From Trichoplax sp. H2 (lineage: Eukaryota), in assembly GCA_003344405.1 (NCBI GenBank), contig NOWV01000018.1, forward strand, positions 620,001-684,000: a stretch of 64,000 nucleotides of DNA, written 5' to 3'. Within the stretch, counting starts at the first letter, position 1, and each line of letters starts with the position of its first letter. Shown one piece after another: positions 14,100 to 26,837 of the stretch. The notes under the pieces are model-generated. The model did no database searches, was not told where the DNA came from, and was given only the letters and a program-made list of their open reading frames with translations. The position numbers were made by a program, and so were the translations under genes.

Positions 14100-16576
14100 T
14101 TAATCTTCACTTGTGGGATGAATAAGTTTGAAACCCGATACAGTCCAATCTGGCTCTGCACCGGTTGTAAATTCTCGCTTGTATCTAAGCATTGCATTGT
14201 AGGAAAGAAGAAGGGTAATATAAAAGTTACTGTATTTCTGATTTTACTATTTAATAAGCCGTAAGTGTTTCTAACCTCACTGATGCCATAATAAATTTCA
14301 TATCATTCCTTAATGATATTCTTCCTTCTTCTGAGAATAACTTTGAACCAACAGTTTCAGGTTGTATAGATGACAAATCAACGTATAGGTACCGAACGCA
14401 TATAAAAATGAATTTTTTACCTATGTGTGATTAACATAGTTTATTAACAAGAGTAATAGTTATAAGATAGCCTTGGTCGGTTTCAGTCGCTCATAAATTT
14501 GTGTAAATTCTAGGTAATTTCAATCATAAAACAATTTTACTTGGCAAATTAGCAATTACCTTCAGGTTCATAAATTATTGTTATTATAGATGGAAAAACC
14601 CTAAAGATTTGGGTTAAAGGTTGTCCGTTATAATTTAAAATATTACGTATATCCCATCCACGACGGTCTAGGGTCGTTTTGCACTGTTTAGCAGAAGCTT
14701 TTGCCTAAATCAGTAAAAGAGGTTATGGCTTATGTTAGATAACCATTTCCTTTCCTGTTGGTAAATAATTAACTAATTCTTAAGATTAAGCTTAATCATC
14801 TAGAGATTTCGAACTTGAAATTTGACATATCAGTTTACTATTCAAACGATCAAAAGTTTTGATGGTATCTAAGTTTGAAATTTACGGTAATGTCTTTTAA
14901 TATTACTAAAGATAGTACTAGCAGAATATCTCTGTATTGGTAAGCACCTTAATTGAACTTTAAATACATATATCTACATAATGGTATCCCTCGATCAAGT
15001 TGCCTTACTTCTGGACTGAGTAAATCTTCAATCCTTGAATAATCATCGGTAGAGATTGCATCACAAATCATTTTCATAGCCTAGATAGTGCGGAAAATAA
15101 TAGCAGCGTTAAATACTTACAGCAATGTAGATGTATACTGCGTATAAATGCGAGCACAAAAGATATCTAATCCATTCACTTAAATTAGAAATCGTTCCAT
15201 ATGTTATAGCTATGATGGTCGCTATCTATGCTATTGAGGTAATCCTAAAGTCTATATATTCATATAGTCAAGGTCCATTTCTCTGAAATATGTCAATTTT
15301 TGTTGTGCAGTAGCAGTATTAAATGATAAGAAAGTAGAGAGTACGTCACACAGTATTTTGAAGTTCTGTAGTAGTTCTTTGTACAGATTGTTGATTTAAG
15401 AAAGTGGTCTCTAAAATTAGTAAAACTGTAATACTATACGAGCAAGATGATCGACCAGATATTTGTACTGACTGCCCATTTCAAGTGTTAGTACAGCATG
15501 TATACTTACCTGATAAATTGCAAAGTATAGGCGTTACTAGGGGTTCTTTTTTGTAAGATTTGTGAATTGCAGTACTGTAATATAATAGCATGGAATAACA
15601 TAGCGAAGGTGTTTTGAAGCTATATTCGATGAGCCCTTAACTTGTAGCTGTGCTACAGTAGAATAAAATACTTTAGTGCAAATTAGATAGAAGTACCTAA
15701 TTTACCTATACATACATGTAAATCATAAACTATAAACTACACTCCTAAGAGGAAGTCCTTTCCTCTAAGATTTGTAGAATTAGAGTCATATAGGAGCATT
15801 GACTGACGATGGAACGATATAGTCCATGTCCTATTTTCAAGCTATTTAGAAAGCCTCAACCCGCAGTTGTACTACTGTAAACTAAGTCATCCATGCCAGA
15901 TAATAGCACCTATACGTTTAGGTGAATGGTAAACGACAGCATGCACACAAAACTCGAGATTCTTGTCTATTAGCACCTACTGTATTTAGTATCCTTCAAC
16001 TGGTATTTGTGTGGATACCAACTGGTCAGCTATTTTCGTAAAATTGTATAACTTAATGAACTAGTATCAAGTTGAGAAGGATTTACTTTTCAACTAATGT
16101 ACAATAGACTAGATGCAATTTCAATTGTATAAGTAGTTGTAGCTATTTAGCTATTTCTCTACCTGGTTGGCACCTTCTAAGAATGAATCCTTACTAAAGT
16201 CATGACCAAGCACTCTTCCTAGTAAGAAGAATGTAACAGCAGTTTTAATGGGTCTTGTCAAACCTGCTAGATCAACTGTAACAATTTTGGTTTCTCCGGC
16301 AGGATTATCACTTCTATTATTGTCGTTATTTAAGTTGGGACTGGTTCGATTGACAAATAATCGATGATGTTGAAGATTGGCGTTGAATGTTGTTGCAAAG
16401 TAGTGCTTGGATTTTCCATGGCTAAAACGAATAATATGGTATGGTTTTCTACTCCAATCGAATGAACACGCGTGTGAAATTGATCGAACTCCAATAAGTG
16501 TTAATCTATTACGATAATGTAATCCATACTTCGTACAATTCCTAGCTAAAGAACTGTTGCAAGCTAAAAAGACCAT
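14100..16576 (-). CDS. MAIP1: m-AAA protease-interacting protein 1, mitochondrial (C2orf47); 5 exons
   Basis: Basic, hydroxylated N-terminus resembling a transit peptide. It is followed by FFLLGRVLGHDFSKDSFLEGANQ|AMKMICDAISTDDYSRIEDLLSPE, IIYEPEGKKFIFICVRYLY and C-terminal YKREFTTGAEPDWTVSGF (MAIP1-type REFT..xPDWT). Splice phases are consistent. Confidence 0.85.
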
Positions 16577-17286
16577 GATGATGACGATGATAATAACTAG
16601 ATTACAGTACGATGATCTGTCCTTGCAGTAGACAGCACACTTATCCTTCAGCTAGTTTTTGAGCAGACACTCCAATCTTCGATCCACTCCCTCTTAAACA
16701 AGTCCGCTACAAGTTAACTCAAGTAGTTTATTGCCACTTTCTTCCAGGTAGGCTGATGCAGTAAATACTGTCTTCAAAGTTTAGCTTGAACTAGATTGAA
16801 AATAATCAAAAGGATGAGTATTAAACCAACTGTTTCAGTAAGCCACTTGGCTGGTCCAGGCCACCATGTTTGTTAGCTGGAGCTGATGTTGAAGGTCGTT
16901 CTTATGTTGAATTGTATAGACACCGAGGCACTAGTTGAAAGATAGTATATATAGTATGGGATTATGGGACTGTTTAGTAGCCATGATAAGATTTTGACTA
17001 TTTATAATTAATGTATAGTACAGTACTGATTCCTGATTCTTGCAATACTAACAAATCCAATATGGCATTATAGTGCTGTACAGTGTAGTATATAGTGATC
17101 CGTATGGATAGCAGTAATGCTTAATTAATTCATTAATTAATGTATAACATAAATTAATTAGCTGTCCTGGAGTTGCAAATTTAGACATTTGCAATGCTGC
17201 ATCGATATTGATTTATTATAATCAATTCATTAATTAATCATTTACAATGTAGCAAATAACCAGTTCTCCATGCATTAGTTTCTCCA

Positions 17287-17875
17287 CCAAGGTGCTGCCA
17301 TACTATACAAATCTACAGTTATATACCTAATGCAGGCGAGCCTTTGCAATCTCCCAATCTAGCCTCATTTGTCATTTCTTTTTCTGTAAATCTACCAAGG
17401 TGCTGCCATAGTGCCATACTATACAAATCTACACTTATATACCTAATGCAGACGAGACTTTGCAATCTTGCAATCCAGCCTCATTTGTCATTTCTTTTTC
17501 TGTAAATCTATCAAGGTGCTGCCATACTGTAAAAATCTACAGTTATATAGCTAATGCAGACGAGACTTTGCAATCTCGCAATCCAGCCTCATTTGTCATT
17601 TCTTTTTCTGTAAATCTACCAAGGTGCTGCCATACTGTAAAAATCTACAGTTATATACCTAATGCAGACGAGACTTTGCAATCTCGCAATCCAGCCTCAT
17701 TTATCATTTCTTTCTCAGTAAATCTATCAAGGTGCTGCCGCACTGTATAAATCTACAGTTACATAGCTAATGCAGGCGAGACTTTGCAAGGTGCTGCCAT
17801 ACTGTAAAAGTCTACAGTTATATAGCTAATGCAGGCGAGACTTTGCAGCCTAATTTGTCATTTCTTTTTCAGTAA
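17287..17875. repeat. 108-bp minisatellite, about 5.5 copies
   Basis: The unit (c/t)caaggtgctgccatact...aatgcag(a/g)cgagactttgcaatct...gcctcatttgtcatttctttttctgtaaatcta starts at 17287, 17395, 17511 (previous unit has an 8-bp insertion), 17619, 17727 and about 17786 (previous unit internally deleted). Confidence 0.95.
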
Positions 17876-18838
17876 GTAACACAACCCAGGTTCATTTTAT
17901 CGTTTCAAAAGTTCAATCTAAACATACGTCGGATTGCAAGCGACAGCTAGCCTAGCTGCTAACACTGCTACTCATGTTGACGACCCTTAGATCATTTGAT
18001 AATATTAATCGATGAAATGCATGCTGCTGTAGTCTCGACTGGTTAACGTAAAGACAGCATGCTACATACGATTGTCATGATAACATCACGTCGAAAATCG
18101 ATCATTACAATAATTAATTACTATTAATACCCTAAGTTGTACATTCAAGCTTATGTCTGGGCAATTGCAAGTTTTTGCAACTAGTATTTCAATAGTTCAA
18201 CCGTCAGCTTCGAAAAAATGAATACTGCACTTGGTTAAAAATACGAGAAACACCTCCATTTTGAATACACGAGTAGAGCTTATGCTGGAAAACATGGCCA
18301 ATGATTCGATATAGAGCATTTGGCATTTGTTACGCTTGTCTGATACTAAGTAGAGTTCGTCGAATCGAATCGAATGTTAAACCCTAGCTTGAGCAGTCAG
18401 TAACTTACTGATGATGCACTACCTGGTCCATTAATTAATAATATTTTTGTAATACATAATGCAAAGAATTTGCAAACACCTATTTCTGAAATCTCAATAT
18501 TGCAAGGCCTATGCACCGAATACTTTAAGGATCCCTGAGGAGTGCTCAACTCCTCTAGAATTAATTGAAAAAAGAACGAATGCAGTATGCTTCGATTGAG
18601 TGATATACTGTAGCATATATATTGTCATATATAATAAGGCATAGGGCAACAAGTATCGTCCATTATATAATTATTATTAATGTCAATGATTATGTTGCAG
18701 CTAAAAGCCTAAACCCGGATATTAAGCATATAACAGACCGAAATGATCCGATATAAGTTTAGTCTGATTCAGCCTTACAGTATAACTTCCGTCGAGCAAT
18801 AAAATCGATTAATACGATTAATGTTATACTGATATAGC

Positions 18839-19066
18839 CAGCTAAAGGCCGAAATTCAAACATTTTTTCCTCTTAATTCCGACTTGGCCAGTTATTACTC
18901 GTATGCATAATCCAACTTAGGCATACAGTAGCAGCCTACCTAAAGCTAGAAAACTCAACTATTTTTCCTCTTAACTTAGACTTAGCCGGCTATTATGCAT
19001 AATCAAGCTTAATTATAGCTAGCTAAAGCCCAAAATTCAAATATTTTCCCTCTTAATTCGGACTTT
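18839..19066. repeat. Degenerate tandem repeat, 3 copies of about 85-100 bp
   Basis: ctaaag....aaa.tcaa..attt.tcctcttaa.t..gactt recurs near 18840, 18937 and 19021. Confidence 0.75.
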
Positions 19067-19149
19067 AACCCCCAATTCAAGTCTGCATCATCATTCAACT
19101 TGTAGAGTCTAGTTTCTCTTTTACGTAGGTTACGCCATGATGAGACTAC

Positions 19150-19700
19150 TGTAGCTAGAAGCTATCGATACTGTATAGTGTACAAGACACTAGCGAGCAT
19201 ACTATACTGAATAGTGTATTCCAAGACTTCGGATTATGTTGTGTCAATACCGGAAGTACTGAGACTACAATATCGTTGTCATAGTATCCGACTTCCATCT
19301 TTCCTTCTTGTTTGATCATTTATTATTCAGCAGAAAACTGCTGCGTCGATGCTTTTGACCTTCCCTCTTGCTTTCATCAGGGTAAGCTTTTCCTCTTCTA
19401 CAGTATTGGAAGTTGTAAAGACGCTCAAGTACTTTCTTGTAGCGTTGTATTGTGTTGAAACTCTATTTCTATCTCTTAGTTTAGCTTTTGCAAGAAAAAC
19501 CCTATTTTCATTATCGTTGTTGTTACTCTGCTACCTTGTCAAATTATGGAGGAAGGTTTGTCAATTTTGGATATTCTACATGTGTTAGTTAATCATTATT
19601 GAGAAATTAGTGATCGTATACTACATCAAGTATCTATAGTAGATGATAAATTACTAGAAGAATGATGGAATGTAGCAACAGATAGGAAGATAGATGTCAT
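19150..19700 (-). mobile_element. Possible second decayed LINE ORF2 fragment (linker between endonuclease and RT)
   Basis: Minus-strand, frameshifted, helical/charged peptides NIQN*QTFLHNL, FNTIQRYKKVLERLYNFQ, EEEKLTLMKARGK and SLSTSGIDTT*SEVLEY loosely resemble Tx1 linker motifs. No splice structure. Confidence 0.25.
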
Positions 19701-20169
19701 CCATGACTAGATTTTCACCTGATCAATAGCCAGTATTCGGTAGTTTATGAATGTATGTAGAATAAAATCTTTTTCGCTCTACTGTGCAGTATACAAGAAT
19801 TATGCTGTAAATTGTACAATAGTCTCTTTCATCAACCTCACACCATATTTCGCACTTTAATATTACCAATCTATGGCAATGGCTTGGTTCTTCTGAATTT
19901 CATGATTACTGCATGATTACTGCGTGATAAAATGACATCAAATCATCACTTATCCAAAGGATATTACTGCAGCTATGGATCATAGACAAGTGTTATTTGT
20001 GCTTTAACATGTTAAAAATACTCTCGATTGCATGACTAAACTCCGTATTAAACCTCTCTCATACCATATTTATGCTACGTACAAATGTACATGAAATTGA
20101 TATTTACTTGTACAGTCTTTCCAATGCATGTATATATATATTGCACAATCTATTAATATAGAAATGCAA

Positions 20170-20680
20170 AACAAAATACAGTAGATCATCACTATCCTGG
20201 TGGTTTTGAAAGTCACAGTTATGTTACGTGCAAGGGTATAGTGTATGAAATTCGCTTTGATGGCTTGCCAATATCGGATAATCCAGATGTTCAAAAATAG
20301 GCACCAATGTACAGTAGATCCACCTTATGGCTTTGAAAAACTAGGTTTATGGTATATGCAAGAAGACATGCTATTTCAATTCATAGTTTCTTAATTGAAA
20401 CCAACAAGATACAATATAAATAAAGAAAAAAGGGAGCTAAAATGCAGTAGGTCATCCAATCCTAACGGCTTTGAAATCATATTTATGCTACATGAGAGAA
20501 TAAATGAAACCCACATTTTCGATCTCTTGATTATCCGGATGTGGGTGTGAGGATTCAGTCTGAATTTTGAAAAATAGAAGCCAGAATAACATTAGGTTGC
20601 CTGAATCCCTAATGGCTTTAACTCTTTGTTTATCAGATGTACAATAATAATACACTTGCTATCTTCGTCAGATCCAAGGC
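20170..20680. repeat. Highly degenerate tandem repeat of about 130-145 bp, about 4 copies
   Basis: cagtag(a/g)tca...cct...ggctttgaaa...tttatg recurs near 20177, 20310, 20444 and 20591. Confidence 0.5.
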
Positions 20681-21222
20681 AATATAGTCTAGCCATAACC
20701 AATTATAGCAAAGATGCTATAAGCCTGTAATAAAACCTGCTCTACTTACTGTAATTAAAGTGTAGTTCATGCAAGTAATTTTAGAATAGCAGATTTTATT
20801 ACTGGTTCTCTATCGATTGCGATACTACGTAGATAATAGTACAACAAGCTCCAAGCCGCCTCCAACAGACAAGGAAAACTTCCTACAACAGCAGATCTTA
20901 GAAAAGAAGGACTAAGAACAACAATGACAGCAAAGTGTAGCTGCTTAAATATGTTACCTAACTTGTTTACAACATGATAATTGCGAAAAACATAATTCAA
21001 CACTTACAGAACTTAGTATGAGAATAAAATGATATGATTAGTATCATATTCTACGAAGCTGAAATCAACATACTTGAATTATCACAAACATTACTTATAT
21101 ATATATCTATTATTGTTAACAACCCTAGATTTTGGTATTATTTTAAGTTATATCTAATTCACCTCTACATAATATGTTGACAACAATAGCTTGTCTAACA
21201 GCTTGACTACAAAGCCGAAAAT

Positions 21223-24200
21223 ATGGTAGCCAGCCAAAATATTAATAGCTTTTCATACAGCATTTACATTTTATGTACTGGAATGCGTAGAATAGTTTAA
21301 ATCTAGCAAATAGATCAATCATTTACATGTCATAGGATATAGCTGGTTACGATGAAATGATGAGATTGCATTTCGTAACTGATACTGGTAAATTAGCTTT
21401 GTCAACATGCTAAAGTAACCTAAAACGTACATTACAAAAGTACCAAATAGCTAAAATTGTTGCAATTTGTTGAAAACCAGAAAATTAAAATTTCCAATGT
21501 AATTAACCTTGGTGTAGCATGAGTATATGTTGAGAGTAAATTAAAACAAAATATACGTTTAAGTTTGTTTAAAATCCAATAAATCCGTGCTACTGTAGAT
21601 ACACAGACACTAACTATGGACTTAAATGATGAAACTGCCTCTCAAGATGCTGAAATTACTAAGCAAGGTAACAAAAAGTTTCCACTTATAAGTAGAGAAT
21701 TGATATTCCCATGTCCGATTAAAATCTAACAAGAAACTCACATCACATTACATGTAGAGACACAAACTATGGACACAAAGGAAGATAATATCTGCCAAGA
21801 TGCCGCTGAAGAAGGTGAGAGAAGCTCTTTTTCGCTGTCAGAGAAATTTTTAGTTTTTATCTTAAATATCAGGATTACGTATGACTATATTTATAAAAGA
21901 TTGCTCTATCGATAGCTGGTTAATATCATTGTCACACGGCTAATACACAACAACTCGCAGATAATCACTTTCACTTATATCACATTTACAGGGGCCATAT
22001 AGTTATATAGCACTTTACTTATTCTGCTTGCTAAATAAACTAGCATTACAAGATATCGATACAGTGATCAATGAGAATATTCATGACACTTTTTTATCTA
22101 CACTGAGAGTAATAAAAATATGCATTTAAATTTGTTTATAATCCAATAAATTGGTGTACCATGAGTATATGTTGAGAGTAACAAAAATATACATTTAAAT
22201 TTATTTAAAATCCAATAAATCCGTGCTACTGTAGATACACAGACACTAACTATGGACTCAAATGATGAAACTGCCTCTCAAGATGCTGAAATTACTAAGC
22301 AAGGTAACAAAAAGTTTCCACTTATAAGTAGAGAATTGATATTCCCATGTCCCATTAAAATCTAACAAGGAACTCACATCACATTACATGTAGAGACACA
22401 AACTATGGACACAAAGGAAGATAATACCTGCCAAGATACTGCTGAAGAAGGTGAGAGAAGCTCTTTTTCGCTGTCAGAGAAATTTTTAGTTTTTATCTTA
22501 AATATCAGGATTACGTATGACTATATTTATAAAAGATTGCTCTATCGATAGCTGGTTAATATCATTGTCACACGGCTAATACACAACAACTCGCAGATAA
22601 TCACTTTCACTTATATCACATTTACAGGGGCCATATAGTTATATAGCACTTTACTTGTTCTGCTTGCTAAATAAACTAGCATTACAAGATATCGATACAG
22701 TGATCAATGAGAATATTCATGACACTTTTTTATCTACATTGAGAGTAATAAAAATATGCATTTAAATTTGTTTAAATCCAATAAATCCGTGCTGCTTTAG
22801 ACACACAGACATTAGCTATGGACTCGGATAATGAAATTACCTCTCAAGATATTGGAATTACTAAGCATGGTAAAAGAAATTTTCAGCTCATAAGTAGAAG
22901 AATTAGTATTACCTTATCTCATTAAAATCTAACAAGGAATTCACGTCACCTTACATGTAGAGACACAAACTATGGACTTAAATGAAGATAATACCAGCCA
23001 AGATAGTGCAACCGCTAAAAAAGGTGAGAAGAGTTCTTTCTTTACAGTCAGAGAAATTTTCATCTTAAATATTAAGACTGCGTATGATTGTAATTGTAAA
23101 GGATTACTTTTACGACAGTTGGTTAATGTCATTATCACACTGCGGATGATCAATAACTCACACATAATCCTTATTACATATATCATATTTGCAGAGGCCA
23201 TTAAATTATACATCACTTTACTCAATCTACTCGCTCAACAAACTAGCATTACAATAATAAGATATCAATGCAATGATTACTAAGAATATTCTTGACATCT
23301 CTTTATCTACAATTATGGAATTACCATTCAATTCGTTTTGCTATTATTCGATAGTACCAAGTCGACAATCATCTCAAGACTTCCAAAGTGGTACTAGACG
23401 TAATTGCGATGGTATTGATATCATATACGAAAATAATCACATATCTGCAACTTTATTAAATCATCATGCTACCCTTAAATCTTATACATGATATTCTTCT
23501 ATGATACTGCACTTTCAAGATCAATATGAACAAAACTTTCCATCAACACTGGAGGGATTTGGATATAAATTTGATGAAGGTTATGCAGCTATTGTTATTT
23601 GATAGTGCCAATAAATAACTGATCATGTGTATCATAGCGTTACGAAAATTGAAAAAGATTTCTGTAATAATTATAAGTATTGAAGTCACTTATATACTAG
23701 TAGTACGTCAATTAATTTAAAGTATTCAACGTAACGTTTTGAAAGTAGAATCGGGAAAGATATCAAATTTTTTCTCATATTTTTAAAAGCAGATGGTGAA
23801 TTGAGGGATATAAGCTCGAATAGCCCATTTGTATTCGATGTCTCAAGCAGTAGAAGCTATAATCAGAAACGCTATGAAGCTCTTGGAGAAGTTCGTTGTA
23901 TACTCTATTACACAAATTCTTCGTATAAATTACCCATGCAAGTTTACAAACGTTTCAATTCTACCAATTTTTTAAGGTAATTGAAAAGTATGTTTACGAA
24001 CTTCTTGTTAAAGATTGCCATCTGGAAAAGATTACCTTACCGGTTTGTATATTAGATTTTGTTAGTCACTGATATATAACGTTGGGGGAACTCGACGCCT
24101 ACGAGTGCAATGCAAACTTAGTTAACTCTATTTTTAGGTTGATCACAAGAAAGACGAACCCACGAACTTCATTTTCGTTAGCGACGATGCTAAGACTAAT

Positions 24201-26043
24201 CGAGAGAAATTAATGATTCTAATTCATGGCTCTGGCGTAGTTCGAGCTGGTCAATGGGCAAGACGGTATATGATATTAGTATCATTGTTGTACAATATAG
24301 TAAAGCTGATACCGATGTCAATATTCAAATCAACCTACTGTATAATACTCAAAATGATTTTATTCTTGGTTGATTAGCCTAATCATCAATGATAATCTCG
24401 AGAGTGGCACTCAAATTCCATATATAAAAAGAGCGCAGCAGGTTTGCAATAGCTATAAAACAAGTTTTGACTTATCCATTTTTAACAAATATCATAAAGT
24501 TACTATATTATAATCTCATATACGAGTGTAAGACTGTAAGTAATCAAACCATAGTCTAATTTGTAGCAATAACTCCCTTCAACATGTAAGAACGTATCAA
24601 ATATCGATTGAAAGATACTTTGTATGCGCTATGGTGATATCACTATTCTATACGTTTACTGCTGTAATGTCGACATTTAAGCGTAACGCTGGTATGGTTT
24701 TATGGTATTAGTTGACCTATATGCTTATTACTGAATAAGAGGTTTATAACGAATTTATCTCTGCGATTTTACCTCAAAAGTATCCGGCTAGACATAAAAA
24801 TAGAATTTACATTGCTTATAGTATATAAAGTATACATTGTACATGAATAATAAGTTTGTGATAAATGGAATCTTTGTAAATTATTAATACAAACTCTTTA
24901 AAACTTTCAAGGAGGCAGTTTATGTTTTAGCAAATATATACATACAATTTATGTTAGGTTTGGTATGATAAGAGGCTACTTAACTTAATGTCATATCCTA
25001 ATGTTCAAATTGTTATGATGGTCTTTTAGGAAGGTTATGGTGTAGTCGTATTAAATACCAATTATAACTATGACGAAAAGAGGAGATTTATTAGGGTAAA
25101 TTAAACATGTAGTATAACTAAATGTGATACCGTTGATACTTGCTGTCTAATTCTGTCACTGTTGATATAAATGGAGGCATACGGCTATTTCAATTCTAAT
25201 ACCTTATGCTACCTACTCTGTCAAATGTAAATAAACGTAACTTCTAGTATTTTGAATTAAAATAGGATTTGCTGTATCATTAAAGGGTAAACTAATGATA
25301 GATTAATGTATTACAGGGTAGCGAATGTCCTGAAAATCATTTTGTTTACGTTTGGGATAAAATTATTTCTGAAATGCTGGCTAAAAAAATCTTTATTGTA
25401 GCGCATAGCTATGGGGGCGCTGCTATTGTGAACACGGTATTGGAGTCATTGGGTTTAAATTTCAGAGGCTTTACTTACTTCGAAAAAATTTTAACTTTTA
25501 TTAATTTCAAGTCAATGTACAGTTATCTAGAGCAAATGAGTGTGTCCTGCAAAGAATATCTGCTATCGCTTTAACGGATTCAGTGCACAGTCTTCATGAA
25601 ATGAAAACCAGAAGATTCCCGGTATTCTGGAGAAAGGTAGTTAAATCGCTACTAATATAGTTTGTATCCGACCGAGAGATTTTTCAGTAACACGCGTATG
25701 ATTTGCTCATGGTGTCATCGGTAAAAGATTCGAAAATGGATATATATTGATTTATAGGTTGCTGTAAATTGGGTAACATCCAGTCAAAAGACTGATACAG
25801 TCCTTTCTACGGGAAACGATATTGATTGTCAATGTCGATCGGCGGGTAAGGTGATACCTTATGCTGAAAGAGCTTTATACTACTTTATAGCAGTAAATTT
25901 TTCCGTGGAATGCTCTATGTATCACCCATTTAAAATTGCATGATTGCTATGTAGGGGTGACGAAGCATGAAGAAACTTCCTTTGGAGCTTTCAATGCGGT
26001 ATTCAAGTATTTTTCACAGAAGGCGAAAAAGACTAATAATTAA
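21223..26043 (+). CDS. FAM172A: FAM172A/ARB2A (Arb2 domain, alpha/beta-hydrolase fold) with an N-terminal micro-exon repeat; start exons tentative
   Basis: Exons read [30 protein letters not shown]...[96 protein letters not shown] and KHERTSFGAF. Stop TAA at 26041-26043. The upstream exons (ATG|gt at 21223 and 21336-21387) are phase-compatible but unproven. Confidence 0.92.
21509..23310 (+). repeat. Intragenic tandem triplication (about 636 and 566 bp offsets), each unit carrying two micro-exons
   Basis: 21509-22150 and 22151-about 22790 are near-identical. A third, more diverged copy runs to about 23310. Confidence 0.95.
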
Positions 26044-26837
26044 ATTTAATTGTATAAGAAAGAGTTTGTCGAGATTGTTCTGATCTAGAAATTTTTCTAT
26101 TGATGCAGTTTCAATATGGAATGATTTAGGATATTACACGGTTTATAATATTTGCTGTGCCCTTATACTAACAGCAATATACATGTGGTGTAGAGTATAA
26201 CCTATTTAACAAACCTTACAGCCGATCTATGAATATGATGCTAATTTTTATTACCTTTAAAAATCACAGTGACTTGACTAATTCAATTCATAAGACATGT
26301 TATGTCTGAATTGGTCTCTTATAGCACTAAAGCCATATATAGTAAATAGCAATTTTTTAACTTTATAAGGCATCTCTAATGGTATTTGCTATGATATAAC
26401 ATGATATAATAATTCTGTACATAACTCTTAATTTTTGTCTCAATCGTTGATTGTATCTACTGCAACGCTAGGGCATGACACAAAATTTAGATAGCATAAT
26501 TAATTCCTTTAGATCTTATCTTATTACATATTTTTGAAAAAGTGACTGCTTGTCTACTATACTTATCAACTACATTAATTAAATAAAGAATGTCAACAAC
26601 AATCCCAGTAGGTTGTCGGTATCAGATGGTTAATCTATAATCCACGAGCAATACACTTGTTTCTTACATAGTGAAAGCTGTAATAATCAGCAGGATATTA
26701 GTAACGTATTCATTGAATAATGAGATATTTGTCGCACCAAATGCTACAACCTTTTTTAGATACGTAGATTACAGACATAATTTGCTACTGCAGTATTACA
26801 GAGATTTTCAAAAGGTTGAAAGTCTCATTCAGATCCA

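Noticed and set aside
17287-17875. Regular repeat array as a CRISPR array
   Set aside because: Whole 108-bp units repeat with no unique spacers, there are no cas genes, and the context is eukaryotic.
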